Origin: Eubacteriales Family XIII. Incertae Sedis bacterium
GTDB lineage: Bacteria; Bacillota; Clostridia; Peptostreptococcales; Anaerovoracaceae
Direction: 5' to 3'
NCBI GenBank assembly: GCA_031272745.1
Contig: JAISTF010000188.1
Coordinates: 1 to 31,469 of the forward strand
Length of the DNA: 31,469 bases
How positions within the stretch are numbered: the first letter of the stretch is position 1; each line of letters opens with the position of its first letter. A program made the translations under genes and the position numbers. Below the pieces are notes generated by a model. The model did no database searches, had not been told where the DNA came from, and worked only from the letters and a program-made list of their open reading frames with translations. Positions 15,595 through 26,687 of this stretch are shown here, piece by piece.

Positions 15595-16862
15595 CGACCG
15601 CCGCCGAGGCCATTGGCCGGCTGCCGAAGGACGGCAGCGTCTGGCTGCACCACTCGACGATGGAGCCGCAGGCGCTCGTGCGCGAGCTCATTGAGCAGCG
15701 CGAGCGTTTTGACCGCCTGCGCGTCTATCATATGGTGCGCAGCGGCGCTGTCGACATCACGACGCCGGGCTACGAGAAGTATTTCATCGACGACGGCATC
15801 TTCCTCGGCGCCAACTCGCGCGCCGCGTACAGGACGGGCGTCGTCGACTACATTCCCTGCTTTTTCTACGAACTGCCGTATATGTTCCGGAACGGCCGCA
15901 TCCCGTGCGAGGCGCTGCTCGTGCAGGTGAGCCCGCCGGACGAGCACGGCTTTTGCAGCCTCGGCGCCTGCGTCGACTACACGCTGCAGGCGGCGCGCAC
16001 CGCGAAGCTCGTCATCGCGCAGGTCAACGCCAAAGCGCCGCGCACGCTCGGGGACTCGTTTGTCCACATCTCGCAATTCGACGCGATCGTCGAGCACGAC
16101 GAGCCCATCTATACGCTGAATCCGCCGGCGATCGGCGACGAGGAACGGGCCATCGGCGCCAACTGCGCGGAGCTCATTGAGGATGGGGCCACGCTCCAGC
16201 TGGGCATCGGCGCAATCCCCGACGCGGTCATGTTGTTCTTGGACGGGAAGAAGGATCTCGGCATCCATTCGGAGATGATTTCGGACGGGACGCTGAAGCT
16301 CTATGAAAAGGGCATCATCAACGGGTCGCGGAAGAGCGAGGACGTCGGCAAGATGACCGTGACGTTCCTGATGGGGACGCAGGCGCTCTTCGATTTCGTG
16401 GACAACAATCCCGCGGTCGCCATGAAGCCCGTCGACGTGGTCAATCATCCGATGACGGTGGCGCGGCAGCACAAGCCCGTGTCCGTCAATTCGGCGGTCG
16501 AGGTGGATTTGATGGGGCAGGTCGTCGCGGAGGCGGTCGGGCTCAACCAGATCTCGGGCACGGGCGGCCAGGTGGACTTCATCCGCGGCTGCACGATGGC
16601 CGAAGGCGGGCGCGCGATCATCGCGATGCCGTCGTCGACGCTGAAGAAGGACGGGACGCGGGTCTCGAAGATCGTGCCGTTCATCGCGCAGGGAGCGGCG
16701 GTGACGACGCTGCGCACGGACGTGGACAGCGTCGTGACGGAGTACGGCATCGCCGAGCTGAAGGGGAAAAACCTGCGCGCGCGCGCGAAGGCGCTCATCG
16801 CCGTCGCGCATCCGGAATTTCGAGAGGGGCTCGAGTTTGAATGCTCGAAGCGGTTTGTATAA
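15561..16862 (+). CDS. cat2: 4-hydroxybutyrate CoA-transferase (acetyl-CoA hydrolase/transferase family)
   Basis: SD GGAGG at 15551-15555. VSPPDEHGFCSLG, LQLGIGAIPDAV, DLGIHSEM (catalytic Glu), SGTGGQVDF, VTEYGIA. Confidence 0.93.
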   Translation: MGIQEQYKSKLTTAAEAIGRLPKDGSVWLHHSTMEPQALVRELIEQRERFDRLRVYHMVRSGAVDITTPGYEKYFIDDGIFLGANSRAAYRTGVVDYIPCFFYELPYMFRNGRIPCEALLVQVSPPDEHGFCSLGACVDYTLQAARTAKLVIAQVNAKAPRTLGDSFVHISQFDAIVEHDEPIYTLNPPAIGDEERAIGANCAELIEDGATLQLGIGAIPDAVMLFLDGKKDLGIHSEMISDGTLKLYEKGIINGSRKSEDVGKMTVTFLMGTQALFDFVDNNPAVAMKPVDVVNHPMTVARQHKPVSVNSAVEVDLMGQVVAEAVGLNQISGTGGQVDFIRGCTMAEGGRAIIAMPSSTLKKDGTRVSKIVPFIAQGAAVTTLRTDVDSVVTEYGIAELKGKNLRARAKALIAVAHPEFREGLEFECSKRFV

Positions 16863-16893
16863 GGTGTTTTGGTCGTAGCTTGGGAGGTGTAAC

Positions 16894-18012
16894 ATGCAAG
16901 CATTGAAATTGGTTCCGACGGTATTGTATTTTGACACGCTCGCGGATTTCGCGGCCGAGTATCCGGTCACGGAGCGCGACCTGCTCGTGACGAACGAATG
17001 GCTGTACACGCCGTACGTCGCGCCGCTCGGATGGAAGGCAAACGTGATCTATCAGGAGAAATACGGCATGGGCGAGCCGAGCGACGAGATGATCGACGGC
17101 ATCGTGCGCGAGGCGTCGCAGTACGAATACGACCGCATCCTCGCGCTCGGCGGCGGCACGATCCTCGACATCTGCAAGGTGTTGGCGCTCGACGTGCCGG
17201 AGCGCGTCGAGGACCTGTACACAGGCAAGGTCGCGCCGGTCAAAGTGAAGAAACTCGTCTGCATCCCGACGACGTGCGGCACGGGCTCCGAGGTGACAAA
17301 CGTCGCGATCGCGGAGCTCAAGCAGTTGCATCTGAAAAAGGGCATCGCGGTCGAGGAGACGTTCGCGGATCTCGCGGTGCTGATCCCCGAGACGATGAAC
17401 GGCCTGCCGTACAAGGTCTTCGTGACGAGCTCGGTCGACGCGTTGATCCACGCGATCGAGTCCTACCTGTCGCCGAAGGCGTCGCCGTTCACGGAACTGC
17501 TGTCGATCGAGGCAATCCGCCTCATCATGAAGGGCTACAAGGCCATCGTAGACGGCGGCGAGGACGCGCGCTTCGCGTATATGAAGGACTTCGTCTTCGC
17601 GTCCAACTACGCGGGCATCGCGTTCGGCAACGCGGGCTGCGCGGCGGTCCACGCGTTGTCGTATTCGATCGGCGGGGCGTTCCATGTGCCGCACGGCGAG
17701 GCCAACTACCAGTTCTTCACGGAAGTGATGAAATGCTATGTGAAGAAAGCGCCGGACGGCAAGATCCGCAACCTCACGGGCCTGCTCGCGAGCGTGCTCG
17801 GCCTGTCGCCGGACGCGGACGTCTACGGCGAATTCGACGCCTTCCTCGGCAAGCTCATCGCAAAGAAGCCGCTGCGCGAATACGGCATGACCGAGACGCA
17901 GATCGACGACTTCACGAAGTCGACGGTGGACAACCAGCAGCGCCTGCTCGCCAACAACTACGTATTTTTGGAAGACGCGGATTTGCGCGCGATTTTCGCG
18001 GCGCTGTATTAG
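16894..18012 (+). CDS. 4hbD: NAD-dependent 4-hydroxybutyrate dehydrogenase (iron-containing ADH family)
   Basis: SD GGGAGGTG. GEPSDEM, ALGGGTILD, PTTCGTGSEVT, DALIHAIESY, AVHALSY, VPHGEANY. Adjacent to cat2 and abfD. Confidence 0.92.
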   Translation: MQALKLVPTVLYFDTLADFAAEYPVTERDLLVTNEWLYTPYVAPLGWKANVIYQEKYGMGEPSDEMIDGIVREASQYEYDRILALGGGTILDICKVLALDVPERVEDLYTGKVAPVKVKKLVCIPTTCGTGSEVTNVAIAELKQLHLKKGIAVEETFADLAVLIPETMNGLPYKVFVTSSVDALIHAIESYLSPKASPFTELLSIEAIRLIMKGYKAIVDGGEDARFAYMKDFVFASNYAGIAFGNAGCAAVHALSYSIGGAFHVPHGEANYQFFTEVMKCYVKKAPDGKIRNLTGLLASVLGLSPDADVYGEFDAFLGKLIAKKPLREYGMTETQIDDFTKSTVDNQQRLLANNYVFLEDADLRAIFAALY

Positions 18013-18024
18013 AATAATCAGGCG

Positions 18025-18954
18025 GTGTTCGGCTATGTCATGCCGCTGAAAAGCGAGCTCAAACTACGGGAGTTTGAAGTCTATACCGCGACCTATTGCG
18101 CGATTTGCCACGCCGTGAAACGGCGCTACGGGGAATTGCCGCGTCTTTTGCTGTCGTACGACGCGGTCTTCCTTGCGTTGCTTGCGGCGGCGCTCGCGCC
18201 CGCGCGGGACGGCGAACGGTTTGAGGCGGAGACGTTTCGCTGTTTCGTGAACCCCGCGAAGAAGCGCAACCTTGCGGCGCCGTCGCCGCAGATCGACTAC
18301 GCGGCCGATATGCTCGTGCTGCTCGCCTACCAAAACCTCAAGGACGACCACGCGGACGAGGGCGGCTTCCTCTATGGCGCCGGCGAAACGCTTTTGCGCA
18401 GGGCCGGCGCGCGCGCGGCGGGGCGCCATCCCGAAAAGGCGCAGGCCGTCGCGGCCTGCCTCTCCGAAATCGCGGCCCTCGAAAAGGAAAACTGCGGGCA
18501 GATCGACCGCATCGCCGACCCGTTCGGCCGCCTCATGGCCGAGGTCACGGCGTTTCCAGCAGACTTGCCCGGCTTTTTGGACGGCCTCTGCGAAGACATC
18601 CTGCGCCGCATCGGGTACCACCTCGGCCGCGTCATCTACATCTTCGATGCGATTGACGACTTGGACAAGGACCGCGAAAAAGGGCGCTACAACCCGCTTC
18701 TCGTCGCGCCCGAGAAGGAGAAAATCCGCCTGCAGGAGACGCGCACCTACCGCCCTGTGAAGGACGCCTTGGACGCGACGCTCGGCCTCGACCTCGCAAA
18801 AATCGCCGAGGCGCTGGAGATGCTCCCGCTGAGCCGCTTCAAACCCATCCTCGACAACATCGTCTACCTCGGCCTGAACGCCGTGAAGGACGACATCCTC
18901 TCGGACAAGCCGCCGGGGGCGAAGGAAAAGCGCCGCCGGTATCTAAAGCCGTGA
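18025..18954 (+). CDS. DUF5685-like protein
   Basis: MFGYVMP...YCAICH...LSYDAVFLALL...GRVIYIFDAIDDLDKD...YNP, a pattern typical of this Firmicute family. GTG start. Confidence 0.75.
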   Translation: MFGYVMPLKSELKLREFEVYTATYCAICHAVKRRYGELPRLLLSYDAVFLALLAAALAPARDGERFEAETFRCFVNPAKKRNLAAPSPQIDYAADMLVLLAYQNLKDDHADEGGFLYGAGETLLRRAGARAAGRHPEKAQAVAACLSEIAALEKENCGQIDRIADPFGRLMAEVTAFPADLPGFLDGLCEDILRRIGYHLGRVIYIFDAIDDLDKDREKGRYNPLLVAPEKEKIRLQETRTYRPVKDALDATLGLDLAKIAEALEMLPLSRFKPILDNIVYLGLNAVKDDILSDKPPGAKEKRRRYLKP

Positions 18955-18972
18955 CACCACGTAAACTTTTTC

Positions 18973-18981
18973 TGCTATACT
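18973..18981 (+). promoter_or_regulatory. Extended -10 promoter, probably leaderless transcript
   Basis: TG-C-TATACT, then 6 nt to ATG 18988. No SD. Confidence 0.6.
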
Positions 18982-18987
18982 ATCCAC

Positions 18988-20061
18988 ATGGCGGACATTT
19001 ATATCAATAATGGCGACGAGCTGTTCGCGATGACGCGGGAGCTATTGGACGCGTCGGGCGCGGCGCGGCTGTTTGCGGCCGGTCAGTGCGTGCTTGTCAA
19101 GCCGAATCTCGTCGTCGAGAAGCCGCCGTCCGAAGGGGCGACGACGCATCCCGAGATCGTCGAGGCGATCATCGTCTTCCTGCGGGAGCTCGGCGTCACG
19201 GACATCGTCATTGCCGAGGGCTCCGGCGTCGGCAACGACACGACGCGGGCGTTTTCCGTCTGCGGATATGACAGGCTCGCGTCCGGGTACGGCGTCCGGC
19301 TGCTGAACACGCAGAAGGACGAGGTGCGGACGGTTGAAGTCGCGGGCCATTCGCTCGGCATCTGCGCTGCGGCGCTCGACGCGGACGCGATCGTGAACGT
19401 GCCCGTGCTCAAAGGGCATTGCCAGACCTGGCTGACCTGCTGCCTGAAAAATCTCAAAGGGCTCATCCCTGACCGCGAGAAGCGGCGCTACCATACGCTC
19501 GGCATCCACGATCCCGTGGCCGCGCTCAACATGGCCGTGCGCCCGCAGCTGCACGTCGTCGACGCCGTCTGCGGCGACCGCACCTACGAGGAGGGCGGCA
19601 CGCCGGTGCAGACCGACCAGATCCTGCTCGGCTTCGACGCGGCGCTGATCGACAGTTACGCGGCGACGCTGCTCGGCTATGCACCGGAAGAGATCGGTTA
19701 TTTGAAGCGCGTCTGCGAGCTCGGTTACGGGCAGTATGCGGACGATTCGACGGAGATCGTCGAGTTCCACAAAGACAGGCGGCGCACCGCCGAGCTGCCC
19801 AACCGCGACCGCGTGCGGCAGCTCGCGCGCCACGTCGACGCCGACGAAGCGTGCTCCATCTGTTACGCGCTGCTGATTTCCTCGCTGAACCGCGCCGGCA
19901 CGCCGAAGCATGGCGAGATCATCCACATCGGCCAGGGCTTTCGCGGCAAAAAACCGGGGCGCTACGGCTCCGGCGACTGCTGCCGCGGCTGCGATACCTA
20001 CGCGCCCGGCTGCCCGCCGAAATCCAAGGACATCATCGCCATGCTGCGCGGGATGGAGTAG
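18988..20061 (+). CDS. DUF362-domain protein with a C-terminal Cys-rich (Fe-S) tail
   Basis: VLVKPNLV, GATTHPEIV, NVPVLKGH, LKNLKG, ACSIC...GDCC...PGCPP. Confidence 0.82.
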   Translation: MADIYINNGDELFAMTRELLDASGAARLFAAGQCVLVKPNLVVEKPPSEGATTHPEIVEAIIVFLRELGVTDIVIAEGSGVGNDTTRAFSVCGYDRLASGYGVRLLNTQKDEVRTVEVAGHSLGICAAALDADAIVNVPVLKGHCQTWLTCCLKNLKGLIPDREKRRYHTLGIHDPVAALNMAVRPQLHVVDAVCGDRTYEEGGTPVQTDQILLGFDAALIDSYAATLLGYAPEEIGYLKRVCELGYGQYADDSTEIVEFHKDRRRTAELPNRDRVRQLARHVDADEACSICYALLISSLNRAGTPKHGEIIHIGQGFRGKKPGRYGSGDCCRGCDTYAPGCPPKSKDIIAMLRGME

Positions 20062-20088
20062 CGCCGCGGGAGCCGCAAAACCCGCTGT

Positions 20089-20099
20089 TGTGGTATACT
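20089..20099 (+). promoter_or_regulatory. Extended -10 promoter, short or no leader
   Basis: TGTG-G-TATACT, then 10 nt to ATG 20110. No SD. Confidence 0.6.
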
Positions 20100-20109
20100 C
20101 TTATCCATT

Positions 20110-21348
20110 ATGAAGGAATTCCGGAAGACGACGAAACTTTGCCATGTCGGCTATGACATTCGCGGGCCCGTGGCGGACGAGGCGGCGCGCATGGCGGCGG
20201 CGGGCATCTCCATCATTCCCTTGAACACGGGCAACCCGGCGGTGTTCGGGCTGTATGCGCCGGATTTTGTGGAGGATGCGCTGAAAAACGCGGTGCGCCG
20301 GGGCGAAGCGTACTCGGACAGCATCGGGGTCGCGGAGGCGCGCGAGGCCGTCGCGGCCTACTACAAAACAAAAGGGCTGCGCGGGGTCACGGCGAAGGAC
20401 GTGTTCACGGGCAACGGCGTGTCCGAGCTCATCAACATCACGGTGCAGGCGCTTTTGGACAACGGCGACGAGATTCTAATCCCGACGCCCGACTATCCGC
20501 TGTGGACGGGCGTGGCGACGCTGTGCGGCGGCAAGGTCGTGCACTACCTCTGCGACGAGGCGGCCGACTGGCAGCCGGACATCCGCGACATCCAAAACAA
20601 AATAACGCCAAAGACAAAGGCCATCGTGCTCATCAATCCGAACAATCCGACGGGCGCGCTCTACCCAAGAGAGACGATCGAACAGGTCGTCAAGCTCGCC
20701 TATGAGCACGACCTCATGATCTTTTCCGATGAAATCTACGACAGGCTCACCTTTGACGGCGCGGAGCATGTGTCGACGGCGGCGGTGGACGGCGCGGACG
20801 ACGTGTTCATCGTGACGTTTGGCGGGCTGTCGAAATCGCATATGGTCGCGGGCTACCGCAGCGGGTGGATCGCGTTTTCGGGGCGGACGGATCTGGCGCG
20901 GGACTACATCGAGGGCGTGCGGATGCTCGCGTCGATGCGGATGTGCGCGAACGTGCCGGCGCAGCTCGTGATCCCGGCCGCGCTCGAGCACGCGTACAGC
21001 GCGGCGCCGCTGATGGCGCCGGGCGGGCGCGTCTACGAACAGCGCGAATGCGTCTACCGGGCAATCACGGACATCCCTGGGTTGTCGGCCGTCAAGCCGA
21101 AGGCCGCGTTTTACATCTTCCCGAAGATCGACGTGAAGCGGTTTGACATCGTGGACGACGAGCGGTTCGTGCTCGACTTCCTGCACGAACATCATGTGCT
21201 CATGACGCACGGGCGCGGGTTCAACTATCCGCATCCCGACCATTTCCGCATCGTGTACCTGCCGGAGGTCTCCGACCTCGAGGAGATTGCGAAACGGATG
21301 CGCGGCTTCCTGTCCGGATATTCACAGAAGGGATACGCATCCGAATGA
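20110..21348 (+). CDS. alaA: PLP-dependent class I/II aminotransferase, AlaA/AlaT-like
   Basis: YDIRGPV, LNTGNPA, GNGVSELI, PDYPLWT, INPNNPTG, SDEIYD, GGLSKSH..AGYRSGW (PLP Lys), RMCANVPAQ. Confidence 0.88.
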   Translation: MKEFRKTTKLCHVGYDIRGPVADEAARMAAAGISIIPLNTGNPAVFGLYAPDFVEDALKNAVRRGEAYSDSIGVAEAREAVAAYYKTKGLRGVTAKDVFTGNGVSELINITVQALLDNGDEILIPTPDYPLWTGVATLCGGKVVHYLCDEAADWQPDIRDIQNKITPKTKAIVLINPNNPTGALYPRETIEQVVKLAYEHDLMIFSDEIYDRLTFDGAEHVSTAAVDGADDVFIVTFGGLSKSHMVAGYRSGWIAFSGRTDLARDYIEGVRMLASMRMCANVPAQLVIPAALEHAYSAAPLMAPGGRVYEQRECVYRAITDIPGLSAVKPKAAFYIFPKIDVKRFDIVDDERFVLDFLHEHHVLMTHGRGFNYPHPDHFRIVYLPEVSDLEEIAKRMRGFLSGYSQKGYASE

Positions 21349-24062
21349 GCGAAAACCTTCCCGCTTCGATTCCGTTTGAAAAGCTCTCCGCCGGGGACGC
21401 GCTCGCGGAGCTCGAGACCGCGAAAAGCGGACTGACCGCGGAGGCGGTGGCGGAGCGGCTCGCGCGGTACGGGCCGAACGCCTTCGAAGAAGAGAAGAAA
21501 AAGGGCATCGTGCGGATGTTCCTCTCCCAGCTCAACGACCCGATGATCTATGTGCTGCTTGCGGCGACGGCCGTGTCCGCCTTCCTGAAGGAATACACGG
21601 ACGCCGTCATCATCGTCGCCATCATCCTCATCAACGCCGTCGTCGGCGTCGTCCAGGAGAGCAAGGCGGAGAAATCGCTTGAAGCGCTGAAGAAGCTGTC
21701 GAGCCCGATCGCGGCCGTGCGGCGCGGCGGGCGCCTCGTCGAGATTCCGGCGGCGGACCTCGTGCCCGGCGACATCGTCGTGCTCGAAGCGGGGCGCATC
21801 GTGCCGGCGGACGTGCGGCTCATCGAGGCCGTCAACCTGAAGGTCGAGGAGTCCGCGCTGACCGGCGAGTCGGTCCCCGTCGAGAAGGACGCGGGCTTTG
21901 TCGCGGGCGCGGAAGACGAGATCGGCATCGGCGACCGCATCAACATGGCCTACCTTTCGACGGGCGTGTCCTACGGGCGCGGCCTCGGCCTCGTCTGCGC
22001 GACGGGCATGGACACGGAGATCGGCAAGATCGCGCGCATGATCAAGGAGGAGGACGGGGGCACGACGCCGCTGCAGCAGAAGCTCGCAAACCTGTCGAAA
22101 GTGCTCGGCATCCTCTGCCTCGTCGTCTGCGCGGCGCTGTTTGTCGTCGCGGTCGTCCAGGGGCGCGACCTCATGGAGATGCTGCTCACGGCGATCAGCC
22201 TCGCGGTCGCGGCGATTCCCGAGGGGTTGCCGGCCGTCGTGACGATCGTGCTCGCGCTCGGCGTCCAGCGCATGGTGAAGGTCAACACGATCGTGCGCAA
22301 GCTCCCGTCCGTCGAGACGCTCGGTTCCGTCAGCGTCGTCTGTTCGGACAAGACCGGTACGCTGACGCAAAACAAAATGACGGTGACGATGCTCTACACT
22401 GCCGCGGACGACCGGCTCTGGTACGCGGGCGATTATTATTATGAAAAAGAAAGGCGAATGCTCATCGACGGCTTTGTGCTTTGCACGGATGCGGAGGTGA
22501 GCGCGGACGGCGACCGCATCGGCGACCCGACGGAGCTTGCGCTCATCGACCTCGGGCTTGCGAAGGGCATCACGAAGGCGGCGCTCGAGCAGGTGATTCC
22601 GCGGGTGAACGAGCAGGCGTTCGATTCGGATCGGAAGATGATGACGACCGTGCACCAACGCGACAACGGCGCGTACGTCGCCTTCACGAAGGGCGCCGTC
22701 GACAACATTCTCGAGCACTGCGTTGATGAGGGCGGGCGGCCGCTCGGCGAAGACGCGAAGCGGCGCGCGCTGGCCGCCGCCTCGGAGATGGCCGAGGACG
22801 CGCTGCGCGTGCTCGCGCTCGCGGTGAAGGAAGGGGACGCCACGGCGACCGAGGAAGGGCTGACGTTCGTCGGACTCGTCGGCATGATCGCCCCGCCGCG
22901 TCCCGAGGCGCCCGGCGCCGTCGCGGACTTCCGCGCGGCCGGCGTCACGACGGTCATGATCACGGGCGACCACCGCGACACGGCCTACGCCATCGCGAAG
23001 GAAATCGGCATCGCGGACAGCCCCGAGCAGGTCGTCTCCGGCGACGCGCTCTCGCGCATGACGCAGGAGGAGCTCGCCGAAGCCGCGCCGCGCCTGCGCG
23101 TGTTCGCGCGCGTCTCGCCCGAGCACAAGGTCATGATCGTGAAGGCGTTCAAGTCCCACGGGCACATCGTCTCGATGACCGGCGACGGCGTCAACGACGC
23201 ACCGTCCCTGAAGGCCGCGGACATCGGCGTCGCGATGGGCATCACGGGCACGGACGTCAGCAAGGGCGCCGCAGACATGATCCTCACGGACGACAATTTC
23301 GCGACGATTCGCCTCGCGGTCCGCGAAGGCCGCAACATTTATAACAATATTCGCGAGTCGGTGCTGTTTTTGCTCTCCTCGAACCTCGGCGAGATTTTCA
23401 CGATGTTCGTGGCGATCGCGATCGGGCTTTTGACGCCGCTGCGCGCCATCCACATCCTCTGGATCAATCTCATCACGGACTCGCTGCCGGCGCTCGCGCT
23501 CGGTGTCGACCCGCCCGAGGACGACATCATGAAGCAGCCGCCGCGCGACGCGAAGGCCGGCATCTTTTCGGACGGCGGCATGGCGGCGACGGTGCTCTTC
23601 GGTTGCGTCATCGGCGCGATCACGCTCGGTGCGTTCCTCTACGAGCCGCTGCGCGTGCTGCGCGAAAACGGCGAGGCCGTATCGGTCGCGGCGATCGACG
23701 CGGTGTTGCGCGACGCGCCCGAGGTCTACCGCCGCGCGCAGACCTTCGCGTTCACGACGCTCGGCATCTCGCAGCTCTTCAACGCGATCGGGTTCAAGAA
23801 ATTGCACAAATCCGTTTTCACGGTCAACCACCTCGAAAACAAGATGATGATCTTTGCGTTTCTCGTGGGGTTCGGCCTGCAGATCGCGGTCACGGAAGTG
23901 CCGGTGCTGTCGGCGCTGTTTGAGACGACGCGGCTTTCTTTGAAGGAATGGCTTTGCCTGACGGCGCTGTGCACGGTGCCGCTTTGGGTGCATGAAGTAT
24001 ACAGGATCGTGCATGATCGGTGGAAGGCGTCGCATGACGAACAGAGGAGGCAGGCGGCATGA
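21345..24062 (+). CDS. Cation-transporting P-type ATPase (type IIA, Ca2+-like)
   Basis: [46 protein letters not shown]. Confidence 0.95.
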   Translation: MSENLPASIPFEKLSAGDALAELETAKSGLTAEAVAERLARYGPNAFEEEKKKGIVRMFLSQLNDPMIYVLLAATAVSAFLKEYTDAVIIVAIILINAVVGVVQESKAEKSLEALKKLSSPIAAVRRGGRLVEIPAADLVPGDIVVLEAGRIVPADVRLIEAVNLKVEESALTGESVPVEKDAGFVAGAEDEIGIGDRINMAYLSTGVSYGRGLGLVCATGMDTEIGKIARMIKEEDGGTTPLQQKLANLSKVLGILCLVVCAALFVVAVVQGRDLMEMLLTAISLAVAAIPEGLPAVVTIVLALGVQRMVKVNTIVRKLPSVETLGSVSVVCSDKTGTLTQNKMTVTMLYTAADDRLWYAGDYYYEKERRMLIDGFVLCTDAEVSADGDRIGDPTELALIDLGLAKGITKAALEQVIPRVNEQAFDSDRKMMTTVHQRDNGAYVAFTKGAVDNILEHCVDEGGRPLGEDAKRRALAAASEMAEDALRVLALAVKEGDATATEEGLTFVGLVGMIAPPRPEAPGAVADFRAAGVTTVMITGDHRDTAYAIAKEIGIADSPEQVVSGDALSRMTQEELAEAAPRLRVFARVSPEHKVMIVKAFKSHGHIVSMTGDGVNDAPSLKAADIGVAMGITGTDVSKGAADMILTDDNFATIRLAVREGRNIYNNIRESVLFLLSSNLGEIFTMFVAIAIGLLTPLRAIHILWINLITDSLPALALGVDPPEDDIMKQPPRDAKAGIFSDGGMAATVLFGCVIGAITLGAFLYEPLRVLRENGEAVSVAAIDAVLRDAPEVYRRAQTFAFTTLGISQLFNAIGFKKLHKSVFTVNHLENKMMIFAFLVGFGLQIAVTEVPVLSALFETTRLSLKEWLCLTALCTVPLWVHEVYRIVHDRWKASHDEQRRQAA

Positions 24063-25948
24063 AACAAGCGGGGGGTAGGCGGATCGAGCAGCGGCTCGTC
24101 CTTTCGATGATGGCAGTGTGTTTCATCACGCTGGCCGTCGGGCTCGCGGCCATTGTGGTGACGCAAAATCTCAACGATGTGGGCAAGGCGATGTACGAAC
24201 GGAGCTACGCGCCGACGTACGACATCGGCATCATGTACGACAGCCTCGCGCAGCAGCGCATCGCGTCCATCGACATCGTGCTCTACGCCGGGCGCGACGA
24301 GGCGTTCGTCGCGGAGGAGGTCGAGAGCATCGCGGAGAAAAACCAGGAATTCCTGGGCGCGATGGCAGACTATGAACAGACGGACATGACAGACGAGGAA
24401 AAGGCGCTTTTCTCTGAAATGCGCACGCTCTACACATCGGAATTCACCGCGGCGGCGGAGCGGATACAACAGCTCGCCGGGTCTTCGGACACGGATGCGA
24501 AATACGAGGTAGTGCGGCAGATCGACGACCTCGGATTCCTCGTCAGCGGGTATCTCGACGAGCTTGACGCGATGAACAAGACGCAGGCCGAGGACCGCCT
24601 TGCGCACAACATCCGCAACGTCCGCATCATGATCATCCTCACGATTGTGTTTGTCGTCGCGGCGTTCATCGTGTCCGTCATGCTCGCCATGCGGCTGTCC
24701 CGTTCGATTTCGCGGCCGATCGCGGGCGTGGAGCGCGCGGCGCGGTATATGACGGAGACGGGCGACATCGAGCTCGGCGAGGAGCTGCAAAAGGAACTGG
24801 ATCGCGCGGCGGCGCAGCAGGACGAGCTCGGGCGGCTCGGCACGGCGTTTGAAAACATGATCGAGGACATCAACCGCAAGGTACGCGTGCTGGAGCGCGT
24901 GGCCGCCGGTGACCTCACGGAGACAGTCGGGCTCGCCTCGCCGCACGACGTGCTCGGCAACGCGGTGAACGACGTCGTGACAAACCTGAGCGCGATCGTG
25001 CGCGAAGTCTCGGAGACGACGGCGCAGCTCTCGCACGGCGCGCGCGACCTCGCGGCGGGCTCCCAGTCGTTGTCCCAGGCGTCGGCCGAGCAGTCCGCGA
25101 CGGTCGAGCATCTCAACGCGGCCGCCGGCGAGATCGCGGCGGAGGCGGAGCGCAACGCGTCGCGCGCGGCGGACGCGTCCAAGCTCGCGGCGGACATCCG
25201 CGCGCAGGCGGCGGACGGCAGCCGGCGCGTCAGCGCGATGACGTCGGCGATGAAGGAGATTTCCGGCGCGTCGCACCAGGTCGGCAGCGTCATGAAGGCC
25301 ATCGACGAGATCGCGTTCCAGACGAATATCCTCGCGCTCAACGCGGCCGTCGAAGCGGCGCGGGCCGGCGCGCACGGACGCGGGTTCGCGGTCGTCGCGG
25401 ACGAGGTGCGTGCGCTCGCGATCAAGAGCGGCGCGGCCGCGCGCGACACCAACGCGATGATCGCCGACACGATCGCGAAAGCGGAGACGGGCGGCGGCAT
25501 CGTGGCCGAGGCGATTGAGTTTTTCCAGACGATCGAAACGGGCATCGAGACGGCCAACGCGCTGCTCGGCGAGATTGCGGAGTCGGCCGTGCTCCAGAGC
25601 AAAAAGATCGAAGAGATCGGCACGGGCGTGTCCGAGCTTTCCAACGTCGTCTACCACAACAGCACGACGGCGGAAGAGGGCGCGGCGGCCAGCGCGCAGA
25701 TTCATGTGCAGGCGCAGCTCTTAAGAGAAATGGTGGGGCGGTTCGCGACGGGCGAGACGGTGGCGCCGCCTGTTGCGGAGCCTCCGGCTGCGGCTTCGTC
25801 CGTGCGGGAAACACCGGCGCCGCCCGCCGGGGAAAGCCGCGCATTGCCCGATCCCGCGGCTGTGGCGTTGCCCGTTCCGGAAAGCCCCGCACCCGTGCGC
25901 GAACCATCCGACGAAACGCCGTTCGTCGACGACCCTTCAAAATATTGA
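24059..25948 (+). CDS. Methyl-accepting chemotaxis protein (4-helix-bundle sensor, HAMP, signalling domain, Pro/Ala-rich tail)
   Basis: Two TM segments, DELGRLG HAMP motif, [40 protein letters not shown]. Confidence 0.95.
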   Translation: MKQAGGRRIEQRLVLSMMAVCFITLAVGLAAIVVTQNLNDVGKAMYERSYAPTYDIGIMYDSLAQQRIASIDIVLYAGRDEAFVAEEVESIAEKNQEFLGAMADYEQTDMTDEEKALFSEMRTLYTSEFTAAAERIQQLAGSSDTDAKYEVVRQIDDLGFLVSGYLDELDAMNKTQAEDRLAHNIRNVRIMIILTIVFVVAAFIVSVMLAMRLSRSISRPIAGVERAARYMTETGDIELGEELQKELDRAAAQQDELGRLGTAFENMIEDINRKVRVLERVAAGDLTETVGLASPHDVLGNAVNDVVTNLSAIVREVSETTAQLSHGARDLAAGSQSLSQASAEQSATVEHLNAAAGEIAAEAERNASRAADASKLAADIRAQAADGSRRVSAMTSAMKEISGASHQVGSVMKAIDEIAFQTNILALNAAVEAARAGAHGRGFAVVADEVRALAIKSGAAARDTNAMIADTIAKAETGGGIVAEAIEFFQTIETGIETANALLGEIAESAVLQSKKIEEIGTGVSELSNVVYHNSTTAEEGAAASAQIHVQAQLLREMVGRFATGETVAPPVAEPPAAASSVRETPAPPAGESRALPDPAAVALPVPESPAPVREPSDETPFVDDPSKY

Positions 25949-25959
25949 GCTTCCGGCTG

Positions 25960-26679
25960 CTATTCCGCTTCCGCTTCCCCGAAGGCAGGCCCCGCGAGCG
26001 CCTCTTCGATGGCACCGACGACCAGCTCCGCGTACAGCACGTTGCCCTTATTGCCGGATACGTGGATGCCGTCGCCCGCGAGCAGGCCGGACTGGCCGTC
26101 GACCGCTTCGTCCCAATCCGCGACCGTGACGAAATCGTATGCATCCGGCAGGCCGCGCAGGAATTCGTTGAGCGGCTCCATATTCGTCAGGCCGTGACCC
26201 GTCACGAAGACGAGCCTTTGCCCTTTGGTGACGGCGTCGACGAAACCCTGGGCGGCTTCGAGGGAATCGGTGTGGATGTTGTTGGCGAGGGACACGACGA
26301 GGATGTCGCCTTCCTTCAGCAGCCCCGCTTCCTTGCGGCGTTCGAGGATGGCCAGCCCCGTGTCCATGCCGCGCCCGACCTCCGCGTCGATCGAGACGTT
26401 TTCGATGCGCGCCTGGAGCTCCTTCGTGGCGCCGACCGTGATGCTGTCGCCGATGACCATGACGTACTGGTCGGTGAGCTTCGCGGGCGCGGGCGCATCC
26501 TCTTCCGCGTCCAGCGCCGTAGTGCCGTCCTCGGCCGCCAGGAACAGCCGCGTGATCGTGGCCGGCAGCGCCTCGTCGTCCCCGATGCCGCCCGCAAGCA
26601 GCACGCGCACGGCGACCGCGAGCCCGCACACGAGGAGGAATATCAAAACGATCATGACGACGAAAGAAGACTTCTTCAT
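25960..26679 (-). CDS. Membrane-anchored SGNH/GDSL-fold esterase-like protein (OatA C-terminal-like), 239 aa
   Basis: N-terminal TM helix after MKKSS, VIGDSITVG (Ser), DAEVGR, SLANN, DGIHV (Asp/His). The upstream extension in the ORF track is non-coding. Confidence 0.82.
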   Translation of the reverse strand: MKKSSFVVMIVLIFLLVCGLAVAVRVLLAGGIGDDEALPATITRLFLAAEDGTTALDAEEDAPAPAKLTDQYVMVIGDSITVGATKELQARIENVSIDAEVGRGMDTGLAILERRKEAGLLKEGDILVVSLANNIHTDSLEAAQGFVDAVTKGQRLVFVTGHGLTNMEPLNEFLRGLPDAYDFVTVADWDEAVDGQSGLLAGDGIHVSGNKGNVLYAELVVGAIEEALAGPAFGEAEAE

Positions 26680-26687
26680 AATGGGAA

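Noticed and set aside
24070-24090. GGGGGTAGGCGG at the MCP start as another REP copy
   Set aside because: GTAG is present but no GGGCGGC/GCCGCCC hairpin follows.
4339-25962. Genome-wide TAG recoding as the explanation for the stop at 2644
   Set aside because: TAG ends seven genes (4341, 6262, 13767, 15311, 18012, 20061, 25960) at their expected C-termini.
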